NCBI GenBank assembly: GCA_965198175.1
Contig: OZ240245.1
Location: forward strand, 4,736,001 to 4,800,000
From: Candidatus Poribacteria bacterium
Lineage (GTDB): Bacteria; Poribacteria; WGA-4E; PCPOR2b
DNA length: 64,000 nt
Direction: 5' to 3'
Part shown: one piece after another, positions 1-10,522 of the stretch
How positions within the stretch are numbered: the stretch's first letter is position 1
Layout: every line of letters begins with the position of its first letter
Position numbers and translations under genes: made by a program
The notes under the pieces: model-generated
What the model saw: only the letters and a program-made list of their open reading frames with translations
Told to the model about the DNA's origin: nothing
The model's database searches: none

Positions 1-182
1 GCCCTCGTGTGGCAATTAGGACACAAAGCGATAAGGTTTTCATACTTGTGCTCTCCACATTCTTTCCACGGAATAATATGATGAATCTCAACATCAGGAT
101 TTCTACAAGTGTGGATTGCACAACGGTGTCCCGCTTCACACAGAACGCGCCGTTTCAGTTTCTGTGGCACGTAACGCGACAT
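1..182 (-). CDS. HNH endonuclease (runs off window start; not in ORF track)
   Basis: Manual translation from ATG at 182 (alternative in-frame ATG at 191) gives MSRYVPQKLKRRVLCEAGHRCAIHTCRNPDVEIHHIIPWKECGEHKYENLIALCPNCHTR. This has the two Cys pairs and the EIHHIIP..G...ENLIALCPNCH HNH signature. Confidence 0.88.
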   Translation of the reverse strand, partial: MSRYVPQKLKRRVLCEAGHRCAIHTCRNPDVEIHHIIPWKECGEHKYENLIALCPNCHTR

Positions 183-198
183 TATTTTCATCCTTCTG

Positions 199-336
199 TT
201 ATGATGTATTTCTTAAGGAAACTAGTGTCTCATCCGCTATTGAGGCGGAATATCTGGAGTGCATTGTTCCAAGCAAACGAATGTACTTCAGAGGTGTGTA
301 AGCCTCAGTGAACACTAATTCGAGAGACTGCATCAT
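199..336 (-). CDS. possible 45-aa small protein upstream of the HNH gene
   Basis: Strong RBS (GGGAGG) just upstream of ATG at 336; ORF MMQSLELVF...LRNTS*. No recognisable motif. Confidence 0.25.
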   Translation of the reverse strand: MMQSLELVFTEAYTPLKYIRLLGTMHSRYSASIADETLVSLRNTS

Positions 337-485
337 AGTTGTTCCTCCCTTTGTGAAATTTCACACTTACATTACTTACACATCGACACTGACATCGATT
401 TCGCGGGTGGCAGTGCCCGAGATAAAACAGTGCCAATAACCAGTAATCAGTAGCCTGTGTTTTACTGACCACTGACAACTGGACA

Positions 486-1571
486 CTAGCCTCTGTTCGC
501 AGACTTTGTTGCGCTCCGATTTTGCACGCTGATTATCGCATCAACTAACTTATGCGGTCCAAAGCGAATGACATCTGTGGCTGGCAAGCCCGCCTCCCGC
601 TCCGCCAATTCGGTGGTTTCACGGGCTTGTTTTTCGGTGAGGTCAAAACAGTTGAGAGCGATCCCTATGACTTTGGCAGGCTTGATGGGCTCGGCAAGTA
701 TTTCGTATTGTGCAATCATCTCTCCCAATGACGGCAAGGCGATGGGATACCGGGCGACATTTTTCCGGGAGGGCTGATGGCAAAAAATCATCGCGTCAGG
801 CATAGCGCCGTGCAGCAGGCTCAACGTGACACCGGAGTAACCTGGGTGAACTAGCGAACCCTGTCCCTCGACAATGAGGAGATCGTGATTTTGGGCGCCT
901 TCAATAACGATTTGCTCCGTCGCGCCAGCGGTAAAGTCAGACACTACCGCGTCAACGGCAATTCCCCACCCGGAGACCATCATTCCGTTTTGACCGGTCG
1001 GACAAAATTCAGCATTCAAACCGCGTTTTCTTGCCTCATTCGCAAGCTCGATCCCGACTACCATTTTTCCAACGCGGCAATCCGATCCGACGGTTAGAAC
1101 AACGGTTGCATGAACATTGGCGGCTTTGCAGGTTGCTATTGGGAGGTTCGGCGGTGGTTTACGCACGTCCCATAGAATAACGTTATAGCGTTCTGCCAGC
1201 TCTGCAAGTTCTAAATCGTTGCTCAGAAACCAATGAAGCCCACTCATAATGTGCAATCCACCTTCGATTGCTTCACGCAGTATGGATTTCCATTTCGGAG
1301 GCAACTCCCCGCCGGGCGGGGCGATTCCAACTGCTAGCATTGTCGGATGTAGCTGCATTGCCTCCGCAAGGCTACCAACGATTGGGATTCCGGTTCCAAT
1401 ACCAATTACTTCGCCGACATCTTTTCCCGCCTTCGTGCTGTCAATAACAGCAACGACACTGTCCGACAAGTATCGTACCAACACGGTCGCCGCCTTTGAT
1501 TCGAGAATACCGAACGAACCTTCAGCGAGAATGACCATTTCATGGGCTTTAGGATCTAATCGCCGTGCCAT
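486..1571 (-). CDS. DUF1611 family protein (DgcN-like, P-loop C-terminal domain)
   Basis: Motifs GIAPPGG, GLHWFL, TVGSDCRVGKM, TGQNG, DAVVSDF.AGA.E and EGQGSLVHPGYSGVTLSLLHG. Confidence 0.88.
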   Translation of the reverse strand: MARRLDPKAHEMVILAEGSFGILESKAATVLVRYLSDSVVAVIDSTKAGKDVGEVIGIGTGIPIVGSLAEAMQLHPTMLAVGIAPPGGELPPKWKSILREAIEGGLHIMSGLHWFLSNDLELAELAERYNVILWDVRKPPPNLPIATCKAANVHATVVLTVGSDCRVGKMVVGIELANEARKRGLNAEFCPTGQNGMMVSGWGIAVDAVVSDFTAGATEQIVIEGAQNHDLLIVEGQGSLVHPGYSGVTLSLLHGAMPDAMIFCHQPSRKNVARYPIALPSLGEMIAQYEILAEPIKPAKVIGIALNCFDLTEKQARETTELAEREAGLPATDVIRFGPHKLVDAIISVQNRSATKSANRG

Positions 1572-1996
1572 AGAACTTTATCCTGACGTAGATTTTCTTC
1601 CACCTAAGATAGACTCCATCCAAATTGTGGGAACTTGTGTGTACTGGAATTCAATCTATCTGATATGCCACTTACGCAGAAAAATACGCCTCTCCACACT
1701 CACAGCAGACTTGGGCAGACAGACTCTTCGCATACCATCAGTTCTTCATCAATAGGTGGCTTCAAACTATTCGCTGTCTAAGGTCTGAATAAGGTTTACA
1801 CGCCACGAAGACAATAGCACGGTGGATTTCAGAAACGTGTGAACACAACTCTGTCCCGACCTCGGCATCGTCACATGTTCGGCATCTCACTGTCACTGCG
1901 TCCGTTTTGAAGAAGATGGTAGGACCCGTCGGAACAAGTTGCTCAATCCCGACAGGCAGCGTTGAAGGGTCGTTCTCTCTTTTGCAACACCGATAA

Positions 1997-3373
1997 TCAC
2001 TGGATATTCTTCGCAACCTTGTCTATCTGAACAACAGTCGTCAGGATAGATTCCAGCATTTCCAGACCAATCATGTTTTGCCCGTCGCAAAGTGCCTCAT
2101 CGGGACGGTCGTGCACCTCCATGAACAGGGCGTCTATCCCCACCGCAGTAGCTGCTCGTGCTAGATGCGCGGCGAACTCTCTTCGTCCACCGGAGCTTCT
2201 CCCTAAACCACCTGGCAACTGAGTGCTGTGCGTAGCGTCAAAGACAATAGGATATCCAGAGGATTGCATGATTGGAAGCGAACTCATATCAACGACCAAA
2301 TTGTTGTAACCGAAACAGCTTCCTCTTTCGGTTAGCAGGATTCTTTCGTTTCCTGTGGACCTTATCTTGTCAACCACGTTGGTCATGTCCTGCGGCGCCA
2401 TGAACTGCCCCTTCTTTACATTGATCGGTTTCCCGGTTTTCCCAGCCGAAACGAGCAGATCCGTCTGTCTGCACAAGAACGCGGGGATTTGAATCGCGTC
2501 AAGCACGGACGAAGCAGGCTGAATCTGATTGACACAGTGAACATCTGAAAGTGTCGGCACACCAATCTCTTTTTGAACCGCCGCTAAGATGGAAAGCCCT
2601 TTTTCAAGCCCTGGGCCTCGATAGGAGCTTATCGAGGAACGGTTCGCCTTGTCATATGAGGATTTGAAGACAAAGGGGACTCCCAATTTTTCCGTAATGT
2701 TTCTAATTGCTTCAGCCATCTTGAGTGTGTGATCCCGGTTTTCGATGACGCAGGGGCCTGCGATAAGGGCAATTCCAAGCCCTCCACCAATCTGAACACC
2801 GTTTATCGGAACGGCATTTGTCGTGGGAGAAAGGTCTTGATGGATTTCCATGGGATTCACGTTGGTGTCTGAACTATGGACCCGTTCTTCCTTCTGAGAG
2901 ATTATCATGTCACATATCTCCCTCACTGCTCCATCTCCACCTACTTTACCTGTTACATAATCGGCGCGGTGCTTCACCGTATCGTGGGCATCAGCGACCG
3001 CAACGGGCAGCCCAACGAAGTTCAGAACGTCAATATCCCCTAGGTCGTCTCCGATGTAAAGTGTCTCATCAGACGATATCGTATACCTCTGCACAATATC
3101 TTGCAGTACAGGGAGTTTGTCGCTCACACCCAAATGTATCTCGTCCACAAGAAGTTCCTGCGCTCGTCTCCTAACAGCCTCGCTTGTTCGTCCTGAGATG
3201 ACAGCGAGCTTAATGCCGTGACTTTTAATGAGCTTGAGGCCTTGCCCGTCACGGACGTTGAAAGCTTTTATCTCCTCACCGGAATCTGAATAGTAGAGCT
3301 TTCCATCCGTCAACACCCCATCAACGTCCATTACTAACATTCGAACATTTTTTAATTTCTCAATGAAGTTCAT
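1997..3373 (-). CDS. kdsA: KdsC-KdsA fusion: Kdo-8-phosphate phosphatase (HAD) plus Kdo-8-phosphate synthase
   Basis: N-terminal HAD/KdsC motifs [36 protein letters not shown]-terminal KdsA motifs [55 protein letters not shown]. Confidence 0.93.
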   Translation of the reverse strand: MNFIEKLKNVRMLVMDVDGVLTDGKLYYSDSGEEIKAFNVRDGQGLKLIKSHGIKLAVISGRTSEAVRRRAQELLVDEIHLGVSDKLPVLQDIVQRYTISSDETLYIGDDLGDIDVLNFVGLPVAVADAHDTVKHRADYVTGKVGGDGAVREICDMIISQKEERVHSSDTNVNPMEIHQDLSPTTNAVPINGVQIGGGLGIALIAGPCVIENRDHTLKMAEAIRNITEKLGVPFVFKSSYDKANRSSISSYRGPGLEKGLSILAAVQKEIGVPTLSDVHCVNQIQPASSVLDAIQIPAFLCRQTDLLVSAGKTGKPINVKKGQFMAPQDMTNVVDKIRSTGNERILLTERGSCFGYNNLVVDMSSLPIMQSSGYPIVFDATHSTQLPGGLGRSSGGRREFAAHLARAATAVGIDALFMEVHDRPDEALCDGQNMIGLEMLESILTTVVQIDKVAKNIQ

Positions 3374-3413
3374 TTATTGTTGCATCTGTCCTTCCCCGAT
3401 GTCCACGCAAAGA

Positions 3414-5933
3414 TTATGACCATGCCTCGATTAATCTATATTCTAGCTGATTCATCGAATTGTTTCCGCTCGTCTCATCCAAAATTGGGCGAATGATGAC
3501 TTTCACAGGCGTACCTTTTGATGGCACGACATCCGTATTCACGCGGTAGGTTCGATCGTCCTTGCCGCCGGACAGGGGGTGATTGAAGATTGAATCCGGG
3601 TCACGGTAAACAGCAATGATGTTGTGGTGCTGCTGTGCAGTGAATTGTTTATTGATGATGCGTGCGCCGGTAAACACCCAATGGGTCTGCTGCATCGGGT
3701 GTTCGTTCATGGCGTTCCACACCAATTTTTCAGCGCGATGGCGAACAACGTCGGTTCCTCGCTCCCATTCGATCCAAACCTCGGCTGAATCACCTTTAGG
3801 TTCATGGGGATCGCCTTCGATTGTGAGGTTCATGCCCGGAGACATGCCTAGTTGCACGAGTGCAAGTTGAATATGGATGGGTTCGGCATGGACCATAATT
3901 AGACTTTCATGTGTCTTGCCAAATTTGCCAACGGCAAAAAATTCGAGGATGGTATCGCCGCTAATGATATTAATTTCGCCTGGCACAGTGACTTCGCGTT
4001 TGTTGAAATCAACCATAACATCTCCCATACGGTAGACGCCATCGCTAATCTTCTGGGTGACTGGGGTCGAATCAATGGCAGCAGCGGACTGGGGGCGAAT
4101 ATCCAATGCCTGTGATACAGTATTGTTCTCGCGATCTAAATCATCAATGTGTTTATCTGGATCAACAAGAACGTAGATTTCACGGGTTCCCTTCTCCGTA
4201 GGCACCCAGTTAATCGTGGTTGTCGTTTCGTCGAGATCTCTATGAAAGATGACCTCCTGATCGCCAATCATTTTTCCGCCCCGCTCCGGATTTCCATCGT
4301 AGAAATCGACCTTCACGATAGACTCTTCAGGTTGAATACCCGTATTTGTCAGGGTGACACTAATTCGGACCGGTTCACCGACACGCGGTGCGGGCGGGGA
4401 AAAGCGAAGGCTCCGATAGACAGCACCGAGGTTAGGTGAGGTCGGCCGTGGTAGGGCGCGAGTCAGAAACATCAGCGCAAAACAGGTCGTTGGGAAATAG
4501 TCTTCGTGATCAATCCAGCGCCCATCAGGTTGCTGCTCGGCGACGAGCATGTTCGATATTTCTTGGTACCAATCATGTCCAGCGAGTGTTTCCAATTTTG
4601 GGGAGATATCGCAGAACCGTTGCAGCGAGACAAGATAGTAATAATGCCATGAAGTCGCACCGGGATTTCGAGTCAGCGACCAATACTTCTTAACCCACGC
4701 CTGCCCCTTCCGGATTTGTAGGTCTTCTGCTGGTACGCCGCAAGCACGAAGTGCCCACAGACCTGTTCCGGTCATACTGCCGTAGACTCCCTCCGCCCAA
4801 GGGGAACCACTATCGACAAGGTTGTAGACCCAGCCGCCGCTTTCCATCTGATTACGTCGAATCCACTTTTCAGCACGCTCCCACGTATCCTGTGGGATGT
4901 CAAGCCCCCATTGTTTCGCCGCGTAGAGCGCATAGATTACCATATGCATATGCGCTCCATCTGCGGTTATCCCATATCCCCAACCGCCATCGTCTCTTGG
5001 GTCTGCGAACTCATCTCCTTTAACCGGCAATTGGTTTCTGACAAGCTGATTTACCGCAAACTGGGCGAGCTGACGGTATTTCGAATCGTTCGCCGCGACA
5101 AGCGCAGGCACAATGATTGCTAGTTGATAAACTTGCAAACTGTTCGTGTCCTGATGCGTTAAAAATTCTAGTGCTCGTTGTACAACAGGATCGGAGGTGG
5201 GGACACCAGCCGAAAGCAGCGTCAGTAAAGCAATTGCGGTTTCTTGCCGGCTGTCTTCCCCAAAATCCCATGCAGGGCCCTCCAGACGATTTACGGGTAG
5301 ACCTTTCAGGGTTGCACCACAGATGACGCAGATAGAAATAAGCTGATTCTCAGTTCTACATTGCACACAAGTACGGCTGTGCTTTCCTTGCTGAGATTTA
5401 ATCCATTCCACGCCTTTGTGAATTGCGGTTTGAATCTCTGCCGGCGTTGCTCTGGGGAATGTGCGTGGCGTTGCTGTTAATGATGTGTGGGCGATGTTGT
5501 TCTCCCGGACAACTTCTCTAATTTCTTTCTCGTCTCCGGTCGGGTTAACAACAGCATAAACCTCAACCGTACCAGGGGGCGGCCGCCATTGTGCCTTCAC
5601 GCTGTCAGATTTACCGGGGGATAGTTCTAAGATTACGTCTCTGCATAGAATCCGAAGGGGCTTTTTCGCTGGATCGTCTACGTAAGGATTGCCTTCATAA
5701 AGATTCACAAGAAGGTCTTCATTGAGTGTTGGCGCAGCCTCTCCGATGTTCTTTACTGTGACATGAATCGTAATTTCCTCACCTTCAAATGGAGACGGGT
5801 TGGAAAATGTGATACTCCTGGCATCCACCGCAAAATCTGGCAGTGCTGCTGGCTGTGCTAGAACGTAAACGGCGATGAGCAGGAGCGTAAAGGAGAGAAA
5901 ACAGCAAAATACTTTATACACAATAGGCCTCAT
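3414..5933 (-). CDS. secreted multidomain protein: CARDB + prenyltransferase/squalene-cyclase-like repeats + CARDB + YdjY-like domain
   Basis: Signal peptide; two CARDB-like Ig units (V.N.G...VDP...I.E..RENN); QW-like repeats (DDGGWGY, QMESGGWVY, QQPDGRW, TCFALMFL); C-terminal LEFFAVG..GKTHES...WVFTG. Confidence 0.7.
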   Translation of the reverse strand: MRPIVYKVFCCFLSFTLLLIAVYVLAQPAALPDFAVDARSITFSNPSPFEGEEITIHVTVKNIGEAAPTLNEDLLVNLYEGNPYVDDPAKKPLRILCRDVILELSPGKSDSVKAQWRPPPGTVEVYAVVNPTGDEKEIREVVRENNIAHTSLTATPRTFPRATPAEIQTAIHKGVEWIKSQQGKHSRTCVQCRTENQLISICVICGATLKGLPVNRLEGPAWDFGEDSRQETAIALLTLLSAGVPTSDPVVQRALEFLTHQDTNSLQVYQLAIIVPALVAANDSKYRQLAQFAVNQLVRNQLPVKGDEFADPRDDGGWGYGITADGAHMHMVIYALYAAKQWGLDIPQDTWERAEKWIRRNQMESGGWVYNLVDSGSPWAEGVYGSMTGTGLWALRACGVPAEDLQIRKGQAWVKKYWSLTRNPGATSWHYYYLVSLQRFCDISPKLETLAGHDWYQEISNMLVAEQQPDGRWIDHEDYFPTTCFALMFLTRALPRPTSPNLGAVYRSLRFSPPAPRVGEPVRISVTLTNTGIQPEESIVKVDFYDGNPERGGKMIGDQEVIFHRDLDETTTTINWVPTEKGTREIYVLVDPDKHIDDLDRENNTVSQALDIRPQSAAAIDSTPVTQKISDGVYRMGDVMVDFNKREVTVPGEINIISGDTILEFFAVGKFGKTHESLIMVHAEPIHIQLALVQLGMSPGMNLTIEGDPHEPKGDSAEVWIEWERGTDVVRHRAEKLVWNAMNEHPMQQTHWVFTGARIINKQFTAQQHHNIIAVYRDPDSIFNHPLSGGKDDRTYRVNTDVVPSKGTPVKVIIRPILDETSGNNSMNQLEYRLIEAWS

Positions 5934-6532
5934 ATCTAGCTGAAATAATGAAACATTTTAAGCAACCTCAAGAGCGATTTGACGTAAGCGAGCCATCCGG
6001 GCTTTCTTTACAAGTTAGGACTCGCTGACTGCATCCTTGGAGTGCAACTCAAAGGGTTTCTAAGGGAGGGACTATTCTAAAAGCGCAAAAATGGCGGGTT
6101 AAGAACCATGTCCCACTTATTCGATTACTCAAAATACTGATTCATCGTCATTTCACAAAGTATAATTTGCAGAAAGATTTAGAGATATATCTACGTAGAC
6201 ATCTATCTTGCCCAGGAGCTGAGGTAGAGGACAGAGAATGATTATATCTTTCTGTGCTCGTTGAAGAGCTGAGACACATCCCCGCTATAGCAATGAAAAC
6301 ATACATACTGTCGTCTCTACGGTTACAACGAATAGCCACCAAAAAGTTGAGATAGATGCGTCAATTTGGATTCCGAACAAATTGGAGCATCCGTAGGAAT
6401 GGATTTGGTCAGGAATAGGACGATCCGCTTGAAGTTGATAATGGCAAGATTGCATGTTCTGATTTCTCCATTGATGCGTCAGCATATTCGGCAATGAGAT
6501 GTTAAGTATCGTAATGATTTATCCATTACGTC

Positions 6533-7498
6533 TTATTCACCTGCCCAATAACCGACGGAAACGTAGGATGGTATTGGTACGGCTTGTCCAAACAACTTCT
6601 TTCCTGTTGCGGAGAATTTGCTGACCTCACCTTGAAAGGTTGATCCAAGCTGGTCAGCGACCCAAAGACTTCCATCTTTAGGATCGACACTAATTGCCAA
6701 AATTATCATTCCAGCATTTGGGATTTCCTTAATTTTCTGTCCGTCTGCGGAGAGCTTAATCAGCGAAGAAGAATCGGCAACAACCCAAAGACTACCATCT
6801 TGGGAATTGACCCTCGGTGAAATCGGTAATGGAATGTCCGCAAGACGCAAGAGTTCTCGACCGTTCGCGTCCAATTTAACGAGAATGCCCGCCTGCGTAT
6901 CCGCAACCCACGCATTACCCGTTTTCGAATTAACAGTGACATATTTGGGTTCTGTGAGTTTCACCGGAGAAGTCACGGCGAGCGCCCCGCTGGAATCATA
7001 ACGAGCTACTTTTCCTCTAGAGTCGGTCACCCAGCAACTCCCATCGGTCAGATTTACCGCAACTTCGGGCTCATACACGCCGGGGATTGTGGCGAGGACC
7101 TGACCATCCGCCGATACCTTGACGACCACATCAAGCCCACCAATCCACGCCGCGCCATCAACCGGGTTAAGTGAGACGGAATGGGGCCGTTTGATGTTCG
7201 GAATCGCGATGAATTCTCCGCTAGAAGGGTTATACTTGTAGACCGTATTCGCAGCCGACACGGCAATCCACACGGTGCCATCTCTGGGATTGACCTCCGC
7301 AGTTTGCGCCTGGGTAAGGTTGGGAATTACTGTTGGATCCGGGTTTCCATCCGGATAGAGTCTGCGAACGGTATCGCCATTACTAACCACCCAACATTCA
7401 CCGTTGTACTCGGCATCAAGGTTGTTTATCAATGAAACAACGATGAACAAGACGATTGTTAAGGTAATCTGCGAAGTCCTTATGAAGTTCCTTTGCAT
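6533..7498 (-). CDS. secreted beta-propeller protein (NHL/Vgb-like repeats)
   Basis: Signal peptide followed by about 6-7 repeats of the type P..V.VNP.DG..WVAD. Confidence 0.7.
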   Translation of the reverse strand: MQRNFIRTSQITLTIVLFIVVSLINNLDAEYNGECWVVSNGDTVRRLYPDGNPDPTVIPNLTQAQTAEVNPRDGTVWIAVSAANTVYKYNPSSGEFIAIPNIKRPHSVSLNPVDGAAWIGGLDVVVKVSADGQVLATIPGVYEPEVAVNLTDGSCWVTDSRGKVARYDSSGALAVTSPVKLTEPKYVTVNSKTGNAWVADTQAGILVKLDANGRELLRLADIPLPISPRVNSQDGSLWVVADSSSLIKLSADGQKIKEIPNAGMIILAISVDPKDGSLWVADQLGSTFQGEVSKFSATGKKLFGQAVPIPSYVSVGYWAGE

Positions 7499-7811
7499 TT
7501 TTAATCTCCTATTAATAAAAAGCCTCGTTAGTTGTTGGAGAACGTACCTGCAATCAATGATAACATCAATAGATTAGCACATTCCTCTCACAATGTTCAA
7601 GCACTTTCGACGCGTACCCTGAAGGGCAAATCTGGGTTGAGCAATGCAAAACCTTGCTGTATCTCGCTTGGGAATAGCAGCAAGTCACGCTTCCGAACTC
7701 TCGAAAACCAATCTTCTTGACGACCAACAATCAGAAAAAGTTTATGCTGTGTTTGAACGAGGATATGGTATAATGTTGAAGAAATCAAGTGTTACTTGGA
7801 GAGCTCATACA

Positions 7812-8594
7812 ATGATTGCGCTCATTCTTAGGGAGTTACGCTGCTACATCCATCAGCCCAAATATCGTCGTATTCAGTTCGTCATCTTGTGCCTGCTTGC
7901 GTTTACGCTTTTTGCAACTGCGTTTGAACTATTCGCGGCAAGCCAAACACAGCCGCAGACTCGCATGGGTGAAAGTGTATATGCAATATTGGTACTTGTT
8001 TTCTTCATCGCCATCATCGGTCTTGTTGTTCCTCTTCAGGCAATCGAGACACTTCAGACCGAACGACTGAACACCAACTGGGAATTACTCATAATCACCC
8101 CGCTGAGCACTTGGCGCATTCTGCTAGGAAAGATGATTGGGACAATCCTCCTGACGCTGTGGGTCGTTTGGCTCTCCGTTCCGCTATTTTGGCTTTCGGT
8201 TCACACAGGTGGTTTGGCGATTTGGGAACTTCTGCAATGCGCCCTCGTGTTTACCGCTGCATTCACCCTGTTCTTTTTGATCGGTGTTTGCCTGACCCTG
8301 TTCGGCTCCCCCATGACCGCAATTTCGCGGAGCTACGCCGTGGTATTATCGATTATTTTTGCACCGTTGATTATATCGCAGATGCCGGTTACCCCTTTCC
8401 CCTTTGGGGAGGTGCTGAGATTGTTAAGCCCCCTATGCGTCCTAATTGCCATTGTCAAATCTGAAACGCGCATTGCAATGGGCATCGCACCTATCTGGGT
8501 CTGGATGATAGGATGTTACACGTTACTGTCCGTTCTGCTGTTCTGGATTTCGAACCGACTAATCGCAAAGCAAGATTTCTATAGAGCCCTGTGA
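7812..8594 (+). CDS. ABC-2 type transporter permease
   Basis: Six hydrophobic segments; LRELR near the N-terminus and the motif ER...NWELLIITPLS.WRILLGK. Start placed at ATG 7812 behind GGAGAG (ORF track start 7644). Confidence 0.75.
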   Translation: MIALILRELRCYIHQPKYRRIQFVILCLLAFTLFATAFELFAASQTQPQTRMGESVYAILVLVFFIAIIGLVVPLQAIETLQTERLNTNWELLIITPLSTWRILLGKMIGTILLTLWVVWLSVPLFWLSVHTGGLAIWELLQCALVFTAAFTLFFLIGVCLTLFGSPMTAISRSYAVVLSIIFAPLIISQMPVTPFPFGEVLRLLSPLCVLIAIVKSETRIAMGIAPIWVWMIGCYTLLSVLLFWISNRLIAKQDFYRAL

Positions 8595-8809
8595 GTCTTG
8601 CCGGTGCGGCGAATCCAAAAATAGGGCAATTTTTGTGCCAAACACAATTTCGCTCGAAATTGCGTCAATGCACAACTCGTCAATCGTCTTTACCTTATAA
8701 ATACCCTCATTCCGTTCGTTTTTTGAACACCGATATTAACAGATTGTACGATGAGCTGAGAAGACAACTCTAGCAGTGCAATCAGAATTGGTATAACACG
8801 CTTGGTGTT

Positions 8810-10408
8810 TTACACCTCACCCGCCACACTTTCAATCAATGCGAGTGGCTGCGTAAAATCGGGTGCGCTCATAATCCCCATTGCGTCACGCACGTATTCT
8901 TTGCGTTTCATCCCGTTCAGCACAACAGAAACGCCTGGCGATGAAGTCACAAAATTCAACGCCTTTTGAGAAAGAGTGAGCATTTTCTCTCCATCTGAGA
9001 GATGTCCATCCAAGGCTTGCTGAATGGGTTCAACCTTCTCCGCATCCCCTCGATTAAAGATGGCCGTCAGAATCGCGAACAGCGCGTTGAGCACCTCTAC
9101 GTACTGTTGGAGTAACATCTCCCATTCGGCCTGAGCTCCATCTAAACAAGCGTGGGTGGTTTGCCGCAAGTAAGTGTTAATCTGGGGGATGAGATGCCCG
9201 TATAAGATTTGTTCCCAATGGTCTCGATTTTGGACATGTGGGAGAAGTTCAGGGAGTTGCTGGGCAACGTCATAAAAGAGGTTGAGATTCGCCTGATTAC
9301 GCACCGAATCGAAGATTCCCCAACTTTTCAACACACTTTGCAGTTTTGTTTCAGTTTGGCTGAACCGACGTTCTGCGATTGAAACCTCCGCGGGATAATC
9401 GAGGTTTGGATCGTAGTGATATTGCGCCAAACGGGTCATGCGATTATTCACAATTGCGTTGAGCGGACGATTCACGAGGACACCAATCCCGAGAGATTTA
9501 GCTCCTTCAAGCACCGTAACATTTTTTCGGTCAATCTCATTGTTTACCGTCGTCAATGCACCGTGTTCAAAGAGGTTATACGGGAGTTGAATCACTTTGA
9601 AGTGATTTGCCCGGCTATTTCCATGCACCGTTGCGCCCGCTTTGCAAGCAGCCTCATAGACACGGTAGAGCGAGGCATGTTCAAAGTCAGCTTTCGGCGA
9701 TGGGAAGGTGTTCGACGAAATGCCGTAGCAGCGAATCTTGCCGTTGAGAGTGAGCTGCTCCATTTGCACGAAGGCGCGATAGACGCGATTGTAAAACGTC
9801 TCTTGACTATCGTTGAAGTCAGTAAGATCTCTGCTGCGTTTTTGGGCGTCAGATAGAAAATACTCTGGGTTGTGCAGGAGATAAACATCAATTGTTTCAA
9901 GCCCCAACCGATTGGCGCTATGGTTCCACTGATCCATAAGGAAATCAGGGTGGATACAGTGCCAACAGCCTTCCATATACTTGACAACCTCCGCATAAGG
10001 CTGTCCTGTTTGTTCGCGTTGCATCGCTTCATCTAAATTCTTCCCCTGCATATAGCCGACTTTGGAGACGACAATAATTTCCTCCCGCCGAATTTTTTCA
10101 GCAGCGATGAGATCGCGGAGGACATCTCCAATCAATGTTTCACTGCCGCCATCAGTGTAGTTGCTCGAAGTATCAATCAGGTTACAACCTGCTTCGATTG
10201 CCTTCTTGAGCGTCGCAACATGTTCTTCGGATTGATTGTGAACGCGGTAGGAACCGTAGCCAACCTTAGACGTTATTAGATCTGTACCAGCGAGGGGTCG
10301 GTAAGCACTTGGCTCGAAGGATGGATATCGTGTTCGCATCCGGTCAGCGAACGTCAAGGTAGCTTTTGGGGTCGCATAGCCAGTGATTTTGGATTTCCTA
10401 GATGACAC
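8810..10408 (-). CDS. aldo/keto reductase family protein (extended)
   Basis: Motifs GYGSYR, NLIDTSSNYTDGGSE, VVSKVGY, IDVYLLHNPE, GKIRCYGISSN, IQLPYNL, NRPL, VLNGM. Confidence 0.88.
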   Translation of the reverse strand: MSSRKSKITGYATPKATLTFADRMRTRYPSFEPSAYRPLAGTDLITSKVGYGSYRVHNQSEEHVATLKKAIEAGCNLIDTSSNYTDGGSETLIGDVLRDLIAAEKIRREEIIVVSKVGYMQGKNLDEAMQREQTGQPYAEVVKYMEGCWHCIHPDFLMDQWNHSANRLGLETIDVYLLHNPEYFLSDAQKRSRDLTDFNDSQETFYNRVYRAFVQMEQLTLNGKIRCYGISSNTFPSPKADFEHASLYRVYEAACKAGATVHGNSRANHFKVIQLPYNLFEHGALTTVNNEIDRKNVTVLEGAKSLGIGVLVNRPLNAIVNNRMTRLAQYHYDPNLDYPAEVSIAERRFSQTETKLQSVLKSWGIFDSVRNQANLNLFYDVAQQLPELLPHVQNRDHWEQILYGHLIPQINTYLRQTTHACLDGAQAEWEMLLQQYVEVLNALFAILTAIFNRGDAEKVEPIQQALDGHLSDGEKMLTLSQKALNFVTSSPGVSVVLNGMKRKEYVRDAMGIMSAPDFTQPLALIESVAGEV

Positions 10409-10522
10409 TGATTCTCCTTCCGGTGTGAACTCAGGTATGGGGTAAAGAGCGTTGGGGTTTCATAAGTTGGCGAATTTCCAGTTATCGAACTCTTATGCAT
10501 TAGGCATCGCGTATCATACCTT

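Noticed and set aside
9..311. Plus-strand ORFs 9-311 and 116-301
   Set aside because: They are antisense shadows of the minus-strand HNH gene.
352..365. TGTGAAATTTCACA as a Rex operator
   Set aside because: Rex sites have a spacer between the half-sites (TTGTGAA-N4-TTCACAA), and none is present here.
5940..6530. Intergenic region with short ORFs; the fragment LQKDLEIYLRRHL is vaguely nuclease-like
   Set aside because: Multiple stops and no further motif support.
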